The notes under the pieces: generated by a model
Seen by the model: the letters and a program-made list of their open reading frames with translations, nothing else
Database searches by the model: none
Told to the model about the DNA's origin: nothing
Shown: positions 12,063 to 24,641 of the stretch, piece by piece
Numbering within the stretch: the first letter of the stretch is position 1
Layout: each line of letters begins with the position of its first letter
Program-made: the position numbers and the translations under genes
NCBI RefSeq assembly: GCF_000281045.1
Contig: NW_008246109.1
Location: forward strand, 412,558-476,557
Direction of reading: 5' to 3'
DNA: 64,000 nucleotides
Source: Saprolegnia diclina VS20
Taxonomy: Eukaryota

Positions 12063-14578
12063 TTAGCTCGGTTGTCGCGCGTCGCCAACGAGGCTCTGCA
12101 GATACGCAGCATCTGTCTTCGACGTCACCGCCGCCACGAACGCATGCAGCGGCGGCGGCCACTGGGCCACGGCTGTGAGCGCCCGCGAGCTCGTGCTGTT
12201 CAGGGCCAGCGCTGCATCAAGCGCTTGCTTGCTCTCGTCGAGCTGGCCGAGGTGTCGGAGCGTGTCGCTGAAACAGACCCACGCGTCGCTGGTCGAGTGC
12301 TTGGCGCGGCGGAGGCCAAAGAAGAGCACGTTGTAGGCCAAGAGGTACTGCCGCGCCTGGAGCGACCGCTTGCCCAAATCGAAGAGCGCTTCGTTGGTCG
12401 TCGTTTTCCGGCGGGTGGCCTTGAGCAGCGACATGGCCGTCACCAAGCCTAGACCAAAAAACACTCAACAAGTAGTACTATTCGCCGAGAAGCAACTACA
12501 CCTTGCTTGCAGTCGGCTGCGTTGCCCAAGCCATGGTAGCAGAGCGCGCAGAGGAGCGTCATGTCTGCGGCAGAGTACGCGACGGGCGGCGCGTCCATGA
12601 GCAATGTGAAGCGGCGCAAGCTCTCCGAGCACCGGCGAAGATGCAGCAGTACCACGCCTACAAAGATATCAATTAACGCTGCTACTTCAAGCGTGGTGCA
12701 CCTGTCCAGAGCAGCACCAGTGGGATCTGGTCGAACGTTGGGTACAAACTAAGGAGGTGCTGGAGCAAGTCGAGGCCCGGGGCATACTCGCGGCTTTCGA
12801 TGAGCACGAGCGCAAAGTCAAAGAGGATGTGCGGGTCCTTGATGCTCGTATCGCGCGCGAGCCCGGCCTTGTAGCTGGTGTAGGCCTTTTGCAAACTCAA
12901 CTCATCGCAAGCGACGTGCCACGCTGTGTGGTGGCTCTCGCCCATCGCGAGGAGCACTTTGGCGCTTGGTTGCCCGCCGTGGCGCATGCCGCCTACAACG
13001 TAGAGCTTATTCGAGCCCATGCTTCCAGCTACGTACGCTCAAAGCAGAGCGCGGCGGTCCAGAGCTCGCCGCGACTGTGCCAGTACGTTCCGAGATCGAG
13101 AAAAAGCTGCGCGGGTGTCGCCGTCGCCGGGTCAAACTCGATCGCGTTCAGAGCGCGCACCGCCGTGAGCTACTCGCAGGTGAGCCAACTCTCTCTGAGC
13201 CAATACTCGACCAGAGCGAGGCGGCTCTTCTCGCGGCGAAGGAGCCGACGCACGCGCCAGCGCTGGGCAAAGCGAGAGAGGACGGTGCTGGCCTGTGCCA
13301 GCCGTCGGCAGCGCGCTCGGTACCGACGCCATGCGCGCTGGAGCCGGCGGGCGCTGACTTGCCGCGGGTTTTGCAAGTACCGGCGACGGCACACGTGCAT
13401 GCGCCATTGCGCCTGTATACAAATGGCGCCGTGGACCCGGAGACTGATGTACGGTAGGACGTCGTCGACGAGGAAGACGCCGATGCGCGCCCGGGCCTTG
13501 GCCACTCGCTTGGTGTGGAGCAAAGCGACCTATCGCCAGAGCCATCGCACCACAGAAGCGCAGCGTCACGAGTTGTACTTTGGCGTCGTGGGCGCGCTGG
13601 GATTGAAGCAGGCGAGCCGCCGAAGCTTCTTTGGACTGGCGGTGGTGCCACCTGTCGAGGACCGAGCGAAGAAAGTGGTTGATCACCGTGGCCGCCAGGG
13701 TTTGTGACTGGAGGTCGGCGCGGGCTTGGAGACATCGCCGGTACCAGCGCTGTAGCCGGCGCGCGGCTTGGCTCTCACGACTCGCGCGAATGAGCTCCAC
13801 GTGTCGTTGCTGCTTTCGGCGCTTTGTGGCTTCGTTCGTTGCTGTCTGAAGCTGCAGCTGCGCCTGCACGATCAAGGCCGCTGTGCGTCGTCAGCGCGAC
13901 GCTTCAAAGACGCTGCGTACCTGGATTCACGGGCTCTTCGGGCACGACAGTCGGGTCTGGCACGGGTGATGCGGGCACGTCACTAGCTTCGACGGACACG
14001 GAAGGAGGCTTCTTGGGCAAGTACCATTCGTCGTCGTTCTCGGGCGCGTCTTGGTATTTCAGGTGCCAGTCGCCGAGCCGAGCCTCCTCCTCGGGCGTGA
14101 GCTCGTGCATGACGGTCGCTCGGACGCGGCTCGCGATGGATCCCAGCACAACTGCCTTGCGCGGCGGGTGTTGGCGCCGGTAGTGGAGCATCGCCCACGC
14201 AACGCGCCGAAACTTGCCCGACGCGCGCCGGCGATCGCTACGGTCGTCGTCCCGAGGCGCTAATGCCGGAGCTACGCGCCGAGCGGGTTTGGGTAGCGGC
14301 AGCGCCCGGCGCTTGGCGTATTCAAGCGTCGAGAGTGCTGGCTTTGGCGCATGCGTCGATGCAGATGGAGCGTGGCAAGTGGTGCAGCACCAACGCGGGT
14401 TGCGGTAACTCGGGTTCGCCAGCAGCGCCGGTTCAAAGCAGTAGGTGTGGCGGTGCAGCCCACAAACAGCACAGTGCACTAAGAGCTTGGCGTTGACATC
14501 GCTGTGGCACTGCTGGCACGGCTCCCGCGCATCGCGTCGCAGGACGGCCAAACCGGCGCCAGCGAAACCGTCCATCAT
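12063..14578 (-). CDS. Multi-exon protein with an N-terminal PHD finger, IQ calmodulin-binding motifs and a TPR-like C-terminus
   Basis: C-x2-C...C-x2-C...H-x2-C...W-x-C-x2-C pattern. IQ-like ICIQAQWRMHVCRR and RRLQRAWRRYRAR. Helical TPR-like DAWVCFSDTLRHLGQLDESKQALDAALAL. The 3' end and exon borders are approximate. Confidence 0.65.
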
Positions 14579-14651
14579 TCCATTGTGAACCCGCCTTTCG
14601 TCACTGCTGTTGGACTAACGTAGCGAGCAAGTGATGTACAGAATTTATGAT

Positions 14652-16376
14652 TTAGGCGACGAGGGTGCGGAGCTCGGTGCCCCACGGGTCGCCGCTGTGG
14701 TTCTGGCCCGACGGTGGCGGTGCGTCGTGGTCAAACGCTGCTTGAATCTCGACCGCCGTGCGGCCGTTGGTTTCCGGAACGTACACATAAACAAAGAGCA
14801 CGAAGCCGACCAAAAGTGCCGCAAAGATGCTAAAGGCGTAGCTACCGAGTGCGTTGCCTTGGGCGAGCGTCGGGTACAAGAGGCCGACGAGCAGGTCGCC
14901 GAGCCATGTCGACATGGTGCCAAGAGAACCGGCAGTCGCCTGCATGTAGTCGGGGAAGATCTCGGACGAGACCGTCCACGCCATGGGGCCGATCGAGAGG
15001 CAGAAGCCGACGACAAAGACGCCGGTGGCCACAATCGCACCGAGGGCGCTTCCGCACACGAGACTCGCGACGAGCCCGACGGCGGCGAGGGCCTGCAGCG
15101 ACATGCCGCGCAGGAGGAGCGTGCGGCGCGGGTACTTGTCCATGACGGCGGCCGCGACGCAGATGGTGCTGGTGCGCACGACGTTGACGACGGTGTTGCC
15201 GACGCGCGGGTCCGCGATGCCGGCTCCCGCAAAGATATTGGACGAGTAGTACATGATCGCCGGTATGCCGCAGAGCTGCTGCGCGGCGCAGAGCACGATC
15301 GCGATGATTAGCTGCTGGCGGAACGGCGCCGAAAAAAGGAGGGCGCGGGGGTTGCGCCCGTTGAGCTCGGTCGCTTCGTCGGCGTGGGCAGCCGCCAGCG
15401 CGTGCAAGATCGTGTCGACGTCCATGGTCTGGTAGAGGCGCGTCATTTCGGCTTTGGCGTCGTCGAGGCGGTCGTGGGCCACGAGCCACACGGGGCTCTG
15501 CGCCATGACGCGGAGCGAGAGTAGCTGGAGGCCGCCGAGCACGACGGGGACGCCCATGAGCAGCCGCCACCGAAGCTCGCTGTCGTCAAGGGCGTAGTGT
15601 GCAGTCGTGACGGCGAGCGAACCGAACGCGACGCCAACCTGAAGGCCCGTGAGGAACGTGCCGCGCATCTGCGACGGCGAGATCTCCGAGATGAGCGCTT
15701 CGCAGACGTTGATGGCGACACCAGACGCGACGCCGGACACGAGCCGTCCGACGGTAAAGGTCTCGAGGGTCGTCGCTAGACTTTGGATGAGACCGCCAAA
15801 GACGATGATGAGAGCGTTGACGCCTAGCGTCTTCTTGCGGCCAAAGATGTCGGCGGGTAGGCCGCTGCAAATGGCCCCGACGGCGCCGCCGGCGATCCAC
15901 GCTGCGACCGCGAGCGTCCACTTGTTCTCCGAGTGCGGAGGAAAGAGGAGGCAGTCGCCGGCTGGGATCGGGCTCGCGCCACAGTTGGCGTTGAACGGGA
16001 CGTAGTTGAGCTGCGAGAGGAGCCAGCCAAACTGGAACGCGCTGAGGAGCGCAATGCCGATCGTCGCGTAAAAGACACTCGACGGGCGCATCGCGTCTGC
16101 GTGCTCGTCGTGGACCATCGACTCAAGCTTGCTCAGGTGGTAGCGCGCTGTCTTGGCCCGGTGCCGGCGCCAGGAAGGGCCGTGCGAGGCGGCGGGCGGT
16201 GTCATGGACATGGGCGCGAGCGAGACAGGCGTGTCGGCCGCCACGTAGACGTCGTAGGCTTCGTCGTCGTCGTCGTCGTCATCCGACTTGGAAGGGTGCT
16301 GCACCGACGAGGGCGGCGGCGACGACCGCCAGTACCGGTAGTGGAAGAGCTGGCCCAGCGTCTCGGAGACGGTCAT
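14652..16376 (-). CDS. MFS sugar porter (GLUT-like) transporter
   Basis: DIFGRK, GRLVSG, ISEISP..RG, QQLCGI, GPMAW...SEIFP and VPET motifs, with about 12 hydrophobic segments. Intronless. Confidence 0.93.
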   Translation of the reverse strand: MTVSETLGQLFHYRYWRSSPPPSSVQHPSKSDDDDDDDEAYDVYVAADTPVSLAPMSMTPPAASHGPSWRRHRAKTARYHLSKLESMVHDEHADAMRPSSVFYATIGIALLSAFQFGWLLSQLNYVPFNANCGASPIPAGDCLLFPPHSENKWTLAVAAWIAGGAVGAICSGLPADIFGRKKTLGVNALIIVFGGLIQSLATTLETFTVGRLVSGVASGVAINVCEALISEISPSQMRGTFLTGLQVGVAFGSLAVTTAHYALDDSELRWRLLMGVPVVLGGLQLLSLRVMAQSPVWLVAHDRLDDAKAEMTRLYQTMDVDTILHALAAAHADEATELNGRNPRALLFSAPFRQQLIIAIVLCAAQQLCGIPAIMYYSSNIFAGAGIADPRVGNTVVNVVRTSTICVAAAVMDKYPRRTLLLRGMSLQALAAVGLVASLVCGSALGAIVATGVFVVGFCLSIGPMAWTVSSEIFPDYMQATAGSLGTMSTWLGDLLVGLLYPTLAQGNALGSYAFSIFAALLVGFVLFVYVYVPETNGRTAVEIQAAFDHDAPPPSGQNHSGDPWGTELRTLVA

Positions 16377-17107
16377 CTTGAAGTGCTGTAGAGGATACGA
16401 GCTGGGACTGCTGCGAAAACGAGCCAATCCAAAGTCTTCTTGTTAGCGATTGGAGCATTATCGTCGTCATTTCCGTTTTTCTCTGCGCAACGATTGGCCA
16501 GTGGGCTCGACGCGATTGGTGATTGGCCGAAATGGATTTGCAGCGCCTCTGTCAATGACAGGGCAGTTGATGGTCCGAGTAGCCGAGGACCAGTGAGTCC
16601 GAAAATCGTGCTCGTTGAAGAAATCTCCGCTCGTGCTGGTTCCGTGCGTACGTATAGGCCAAGCTCCAGCTAGATTCGGGCGCTGTTGTCTCGATAGCTC
16701 TGCACACACTCAACTAGGGTCGTTCGTCGGTAGCGTATTGAGCACAAAATGGCACAAGATTCCACCGGTAGATTCAACAGCGTCTGCGGGCTCTTGCACT
16801 TTTTGAAGTTCTGAAAGCAGCACAGCCGTGGCGGGCTCGACGGGGAACCTGGGCTGGTTTCATAGCGGGACCCATAGGATGTATGCGGGTACTAAAGCTA
16901 GTATCGATTGCGCGTCCTGAAGGAACTGCCGCGAGCGTGAGCGGAAGAAGGTTCCGAGCACTCGCCAATCTGAGCCTTGGAGACATAGGGAAATGCCGAT
17001 CCAGACGCATCTCTGGCTGCCATCGAGCCGGGTACCAGATATCCGGTGCAGCTTCCAGAACGCATAACCAGTTTCTAGTCGAATGGGAAACTCGCAGAGT
17101 CGTCGAT

Positions 17108-17443
17108 ATGTCAGGGGAAGGAAAGAGCCCGCCGCTCGACACGCCCGCGTTTGAGCGCAAGATGCAGTCGCTGGAGAGCAAGCACGGCAGCGCGCAGTCG
17201 CTCATCACGCTCGACGTCCGAGAAGCCGAGACGCCGTCGCCGCCGCCGCCAGCTCCGGCGACCGACTTTGCCGCGGGCTTTGGCATCGGGCTCTGCATCA
17301 TGTTTTACGCCTTTTGCGCCCGCCGCCCCGACGACGCTCTGCGCAGACCGTGCACGCAATATGGTCTCGCAATCGGGATGCTGGCCGCCGCTGCGCTTCT
17401 CTCGTGCGGTCTCTACTACGCGGCGCAGCTCTACTTTGTCTAG
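17108..17443 (+). CDS. Small two-TM hypothetical membrane protein
   Basis: ORF MSGEGKSPP...YFV with two hydrophobic stretches and coding-like GC3. Confidence 0.6.
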   Translation: MSGEGKSPPLDTPAFERKMQSLESKHGSAQSLITLDVREAETPSPPPPAPATDFAAGFGIGLCIMFYAFCARRPDDALRRPCTQYGLAIGMLAAAALLSCGLYYAAQLYFV

Positions 17444-17522
17444 CTAATTAAATTAAACGCACAATATTATCGTCATTTCGGATCGCACGCAGGCCAATGA
17501 AACCGCGTTGTGCCCAAAGGTC

Positions 17523-19650
17523 ATGTCACGCAAGCAGCCGCCGCCGCCGCTTGCGCCGAGCTTGACGGCCGCGATCATCGCGTCATACAAGGGCGAGCGC
17601 CTCAGCAAGTTCTACCATGGGACGGGCACGGCCACGTTCATCAACGGCCAAGTGTACGCCGGCACGTTTTGGATGGGCCACATGCACGGGAAAGGCCGCA
17701 TCGTGTGGCCGGACGGCATCGTTTACGAAGGCGACTTTGACTACGACGAGCTCAGCGGCCACGCCAAGTACAGTTGGCCCGACGGCAGCGTCTACGAGGG
17801 CGGCGTGCTTCACGGCCTGCGCCACGGCCTTGGCCGCTTCAGCCAAGGCGACGTCGCGTACGATGGCGAGTGGGTCGACGGCCGCGAGCACGGCGTCGGC
17901 ACCAAAGTCTACGACGCGACCAAAGGCATTGCGTACGAAGGCGACTGGAGAGACGGGCTTCGCGACGGCGCCGGCATCATGCGCTACGGGAAAAAGCTCG
18001 TCTACAAAGGTACTACATGAAGACACTTAGGCGAGGCGTGACGCAGATGCAGGCAGTTGGATCCGCGACATGAAAACTGGACGGGGGTGCATGCAGTGGC
18101 TCGACCGGGCAGAGACGTACGACGGCGGGTGGCTCGAGGACCACCAGCACGGGTTCGGCGTACACACGTGGAAGGTCGGGAAGCTCAAGAACCGCGAACA
18201 CCGTTACGAAGGCGAGTTTGCCAACGGCGTCCGGGACGGCTACGGCGTCTTCTACTACGCCAGCGGCGCGCGCTACGAAGGCCACTGGGAAGACAACGTC
18301 AAGCACGGACTCGGGCTCTTCTTCTTTGAAGATGGCACGATTTATGAAGGTACAAACCCTTCTTTCAACGAAAAGTATCAATCTATCGAGCAGGCCAATT
18401 CGACAACGATCACATGGTTGATGCCAACGACAACAAGCCCAAAAACGCAGAGCTAGCGCCAACGATGATCTTATATGTGGACGACCTGGTCAAGGGCACG
18501 GAAAAAGAAAAGGCGCGGGGGGTCAAAGCCGCTCAAAACGCCGTACGCTCCTTGCAGAAAATCCCTTCATCGCCAAAGGTAGGTGCTTCGGGCCAACACG
18601 GACTTGCGCCTTGTCTACCGGCACTATGCCACGCGGGCGGGGGCATCAGCAGTGCTCACGTCGGGGCCCCCGACGTCCGACAACCACTTGGATCTGATGG
18701 AGATGCGGGAGCTCTGGCGGTTCAGCGCCGAGTGCCGACTGCACAACGTGACCATGGGCAAGCTCGATCGGTACCTCCTCGTGATCCGCAACGCGCAAAA
18801 CAAGGCCGTCAAAAAGCTGCGGATCCAGCGCGAGAAAAAGGTACTGGCAAACTAAAAGGGGTGGTCCTAAGATCGGAGTTGGGTAGCGCCGACACGTGCA
18901 CCCTCGCTCGATCGACGCGATCGAGACGCCGCGGGAAAAGTGGACCGACGTCCACGACCCGGACCGTGTCATTTTGTACCGCGAATTCTGCGAGATTCTA
19001 GTTCGCCTTGCGTGGGATGACGCACTGGAGCGGGGCGAGGTGTCGTCTTCTTCCGGACAAGTTGTAGAAACTGAGCGTAGGTCGACATGACGGTCGCCGA
19101 CGCGTTCACGTGCCTCTACGAGGACAAGATCCACGACCACGCATCGGCGCGCATCGAGCCCATGGAGGCGCTGAGCCTCGAGGTGCTCGACGCACCGCTC
19201 CAAGCCATCTTCCGCAAGTACCGCGACACGCTCGAGCCGATTTTTGCCAAGTACGCTCGCCTCGACAGCGATGTGGCGCAGCAGCCCGAGAACGACATTC
19301 ACATCTCCGTGCGCAGCTTTGTGCTGCTTTTGCGCGAGTTTGGCGCCATGGGCACCATGAGCGTCTCGGCGCTGCTGGCGCTGGTGCGAAAACCCTCCGA
19401 GGACGACGAGAGCGACGACGACGAGCTCGACCCGTTCGTGCTCGAAGCCGACCTGATCTACCCCGAGTTCCTCGAGGCGCTCACCAAAGTCGCGCGCGCC
19501 GTCATGGGCGTGCCCAGCGTCCCGCTGCCCGTGACCGTCGCCCAGTACATCCACGCCACCTTCCTCCGCGACAAGGCGCCGCAGTACTTGCGCCGCAACT
19601 CGTTTACGCGCCGGCAGTCGTCGCTCGTCTTGGGCCCCGTGCAAGAATAA
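17523..19650 (+). CDS. MORN-repeat protein, radial spoke head 10B-like (paralog 1, multi-exon)
   Basis: Tandem YxGxWxxGxxHGxG MORN repeats, followed by a helical region (ILYREFCEILVRLA, LIYPEFLEAL) as in RSPH10B. Confidence 0.85.
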
Positions 19651-19673
19651 CATCATGGACAAGTTGTGCATAA

Positions 19674-21671
19674 TTACCGGCGACCCGTGTGGAAGCGGTG
19701 CAGAATACCGAGGTAGATGCCTTGGAGCGCGAGCGCGTACGAGGCGAGGACGAGCATGTTGCGGTCGCAGTCGACGTCCTCGAGCCCGTAGCGCGCAAAG
19801 AGGAAGCGGCTTTCGCTCGAGTTGGTCGGTGTGAGTTGCTTGTACAAGAAGGCCTCGAACGAGTACGAGTGGAACGCCATGTAGTGGCCCCAGAGCCAGT
19901 ACGACGGCATCGCAGGCCGCGGCACCATAAAGCCCTCGCAGAGCATGAACATCCCTAGTATCAAGTTGATATTGTATCAAGATGGCGCGCAATGTCGTAC
20001 CGTAAATCCCAGACGCGAGGGCGATGCCGACAATGTACTGGGGCACCATGGCGCCAATCACGTGCATGAAGGACTCGGCGACGACGAGCGTGAGGAAGAG
20101 GTTGAGCACAAAGTAGCCAAAGTTGTGCAAGTCCGCGAGCAGCACCACAATCGACGCGGAGAGGAGGGTGATAAGGAAGATGCCGGGCAGCGCCGCGACA
20201 AAGTTGGCACCGACGGCACTCGCGACGGCTACGTTGTGGTTGGCGCGCTCCCGCGCAAACACCTAGAAATGTATCAACTTGATACAGAGTAGTCTATGTT
20301 GTACCGCGCGCTGCTGGATGAACACGGGCAAAACGGCGATGCTCATAAAGACGAGGAACGCTTGCACGTAAATCAGGAGCGCGACGCGATTCCCTTCGTT
20401 GAGGTTCGCGTTCGTCGAGATGAAGAGCGTGCCCGTCGTGAGCGACAGAGCCGTGTACATCGCCAGACGCACCCAGTACACGCCGGGGTCCCGCACGTTG
20501 TTGATGCTCGTGCGATGCAGCAGGGCGAGGCCTTGCGCAAAGGCGGACGCGCCGTCGTCACTTGCCGTGATACCAAGCAAGCTGGCGCGGTCCATCTCCA
20601 GCATGTCCTATTGCTCGTTACAACCAAGGATCAAAAGTTAAGTGGAAAGCAGGTACCAGCACGGGGCGCGGGTCATATGCACTGGCGAGCGCCAGTACGT
20701 CAGCGTGGCCATCGAAGTCGTCGTTGACCAGCTCGAGGTAAAACTCGGCGGGGTTGGTCATGGGCGGACAGGGGTACCCCGCGGCTGCAAAGTGGCTGAG
20801 CGCGCCGAGGGGTGGGCCGAAATACATGGTGCGGCCGGCGGCAAGGACCAGCACAGACGTAAACAAGTCGTACACGTCGGAGCTCGGCTGGTGGATTGTG
20901 CAGAGCACAGTGCAACCTCGGTCGGTACTGATGTGGCGAAGGTGTTCGACGACGCTGACGGTCGACGCCGCATCGAGGCCCGACGTCGGCTCGTCTAGCA
21001 GTAGGATCGTCGGCTCCTTCTACACACTCCCATAGATCGCAATATTCAATAGGGCAGTTCCTACGAGGAGCTCGATCGCGATGCTAAGACGCCGCTTCTG
21101 GCCGCCCGAGAGCCCTTTGCGAAAGATGTCACCAACGCGCGTGCCGACGCAGGACGAGAGGCCTACGAGAGCTTAAACACACTATTTGTTGGAGTAGGAG
21201 GAGCCCACCCATATCCTCGATGGCGGCGAGCACCCGAGTCTCGCGTGTTGACGCTGATACGGACGACGGGAGGCTCAGCTGCGCGGCAAAGCGCAGCGTC
21301 TCGAGGACCGTAAAGGACCCGAGAAGCGCGTCCTCTTGCGCGACGTACGAGGCGAGTGACCGAAAGCTCCGGTGGTCGCGCGGCTCGCCGTTGATTTCGA
21401 TCGCGCCCGTCGTCTTGCCGCTCGAGATGCGGTCGGCGAGCAGGTCCAAGAGGGTCGTCTTGCCGCTCCCGGACGGGCCGAGGATCGCAAGCATTTCGCG
21501 GGGCCCACATCGCCCCGACACGTCGACCAGAATGGACTTGGGCTTGTTGCGCGTCGTCACCGTGTACGAGAGGTGGCTCCAGCCAAGCGTGCACGGCTGT
21601 GCCGCCTCATGCCACGTGGGCGTGAGCAAGCCTTCTTTGAAGCTCGTGGCGACGGGAGATTCGAGCAGCAT
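19674..21671 (-). CDS. ABCG half-transporter (White-like), multi-exon
   Basis: Walker [10 protein letters not shown], signature [24 protein letters not shown] and the TMD motif FARERAN; ends HTGRR. Confidence 0.93.
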
Positions 21672-22119
21672 GCAGTCTGATTTAGTGTGATGCCTTGACT
21701 CAATCAACGAACATTGAATGGTGATCCTTTGAACACATGACTACCATGATGAGCGATGGCGTCGGATGCGTCGACAAGATCTCCGCCGCCGCTTCTGATT
21801 GGTCGGCAGCCCCACGTTGAAGTTGCCCGTGTACACCATTTGCAGTTTCTCTAAATAATGTAAAATGTAAAGAAATGGAATCGTGCGCTTATAGACACGG
21901 TGTGCGCCGTACGCGGTTGCCTTCTGAGTGAAATGCAATTACAAGTGTACGTACCAAGAGTCTATCTCGTGTGGGCCTTACAGTGCATGGTAGAGATGTC
22001 GCGACAATCGCAACATTATACTATTTTCACCTTCAACAGAAAATACTAAAAAATAGTGTACCCGCCGCCACCAAAGATCGCCATGGGTTCGAACATGAGC
22101 TCAGTTCTGATTTGCAATC

Positions 22120-24049
22120 ATGTGGAAGCGCAACGAGACGCTGCCAGCGTGCACACTGAGCTGGAAAGACCTCTCGTATTCGGCTCGCTCCAAGAAGGCG
22201 ATCCTGCACGACGTCTCGGGGCGCTGCGGCCCCGGCGAGTTCCTCGCGATCCTCGGCCCTTCGGGAAGTGGGAAAACAACTCTGCTAGACCTCCTCGCCG
22301 ACCGCATCTCGAGTGGCAAGACGACAGGCGCCATTGTTCTCAATGGTCTGCCACGTGAACCGAGGTCGTTCCGAGCCGTCGCCTCGTACGTCGCCCAGGA
22401 CGACACGCTTCTCGGATCCTTTACGGTCCTCGAGACACTTCAGTTTGCCGCGCGCCTGAGCTTGCCTTCGACCGTATCGCCCGCCGAGCGCGACACCCGA
22501 CTGCAGCGCGTCATCGACGCCATGGGTACGTCTGTCGTTTTGTTGGAATCGCTAAAGCAACGCGCTAGGGCTCCGGTCGTGCGTGCACACGCTCGTGGGG
22601 GACATGTTTCGCAAAGGGCTCTCGGGCGGCCAAAAGCGACGCCTCAGCATCGCGATCGAGCTCCTCGTACATACCCTCTACATTTATATCATTCCTTTTA
22701 GCAATGCGCCATAGAAACAGCCCCGCGTGCTCTTGCTGGACGAGCCGACGTCCGGGCTGGACTCGGCGACAACACTCAACGTCGTTCAGTGCATCGCCAG
22801 CCTCTGTCGCGACGACCGCTGCACCGTAATCTGCACGATCCACCAGCCAAGCGCACGCGTCTTCCAGCTCTTTGACAATGTGCTCTTGCTCGCGCAGGGC
22901 CGCGCCGTGTACCGCGGGCCGCCGCAAGCGATCGTTGCGCACTTTCGCCCCCTCGGGTTTCCTCACGTCGTGGTTCTGAATGGCTGAAGTGGACGTGAGT
23001 AGGTACGACTGCCCCGAGCACACGAGTCCCGCCGAGTACTATTTGCGCATCGTCAACACGGACTTTCACAGCCACGCCGACATTGACGCGCTCGCAGATG
23101 CAGTCGCCAACACCGCCCTCCACGTACGACGCCACTAGCTTCCTCTCTGGCGGACGCCGGTGTAGGACCAGTTGCTGCTCGAGGCGGCGGCGAGTGCGCC
23201 GTGGAGCGTGGCACCGCAGCGGCCGTCGCCGTTGGCGCAGATCGTCGTGTTTCTCGATCGCAACCTCTTGAACACACTGCGGAACCCGGGGATTTTTTGG
23301 GTCCGCCTCGTCATGTACTCGCTCCTCTCGGCCATGGCCGGCACCATGTACATGCACCCGACGCCCGGGCCGGCCCACGACGCCAACCTCGTCGCGCTCC
23401 TCTTTGGCGTGCCCGCGTTCTGTATCTTTATGAGCGTCGCCGCACTCCCCTTCTTCCTCGAACAGCGAGCGGTACGGTACCATCGAATATCTACTATCTC
23501 TCAGAACTGATACCATAGGTGTTTGCCCGTGAGCGCGCCAACTGGGGCGTCAACGTCCTGAGCTTTGTCGTCGCCAACTTTGTCGTCGCGCTTCCAGCTC
23601 TGTTTATGATTGCGCTCTGCAGCACGTCGCTGGTCGTCCCGGCCGCGGGCCTCGGCGGCTTTGGCGTGTACTTTGGCGCGTTCTACCTCGGCCTTATCGT
23701 CGCCGAGTCGGTCGTGCACGTGCTCGGCGCTGCCGTGGGCCATGCGATCGGCGGCATCGCGCTCGGCGCGGGTCTTTTCGGGCAGTTTATGCTGTGCCAG
23801 GGCTACCTCGTCGCGCGCGAGAGCATCCCAATTTACTGGCGCTGGTGCCACACGCTCGCGTTCCACTCGTACGTCTTTCAAGTGCTCATGCACAACGAGT
23901 TTGCCGGCCGGAGTCCGGCCATCCTCATCGAGTTCAACCTCGAGGACGTCGACATTGGCCGCTGCATAGGCGTCCTTGTCGCGTACGCGCTTCTGCTCCA
24001 AATCGGCTTTGGGCTCGTGCTCTACTTTGTTCACACCGGCCGGCGCTGA
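22120..24049 (+). CDS. ABCG half-transporter, divergently transcribed paralog, multi-exon
   Basis: Same motifs and several of the same intron positions as the minus-strand ABCG; ends HTGRR. Confidence 0.93.
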
Positions 24050-24230
24050 TTCTCAAACCCGATCTTGCAACTACTAGTACCGGTATTTCGCTTCAGCACG
24101 ATATGGTGTACATATGCACCTCAAATAGTATTTCGTTGAGGTGTCGACAATAAAGAAACGGGGATCTTAAAAGAACGCATAAAAGAACTCGCCAAAGATC
24201 GAAGCATCCGAAGATCCGAAGACGAGGACG

Positions 24231-24524
24231 ATGGACCTGACCGCGGACGAGACGCTCGGGAGCTTCCTCCTCCCCGTGCTGCAGGACGAGGCCGACGCGC
24301 GCATGACGACCGACGACGTCCTCGACGACGCGGCGACGCCGGACCTGGCCTACTTCCACGACGAGGCCCGCGCGCTCCACGCCGACTTTGAGGCCTACCG
24401 CCTGCGCTACCACGCCATGTGCAGAGTTCTCTTCCCCCACGACGACGACGACGAAGATGAGGATGAGGATGGGGACGAGGGTGGGCGCTTGTACGCGGGC
24501 GACCGGCGCCGGGCGATGGCATGA
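24231..24524 (+). CDS. Small acidic hypothetical protein (97 aa)
   Basis: ATG ORF with strong GC3 bias and a D/E tract. Confidence 0.55.
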   Translation: MDLTADETLGSFLLPVLQDEADARMTTDDVLDDAATPDLAYFHDEARALHADFEAYRLRYHAMCRVLFPHDDDDEDEDEDGDEGGRLYAGDRRRAMA

Positions 24525-24641
24525 GCCTCCTCCGCTCACTATTTGCATCAACATGATTTATGATTCCTTCCTCGATGGTCTTCGTCCATGCAGGAAGCAG
24601 CATGACCGTTGCATCATCTGCCGTTTCAGATCGTTTCCGAG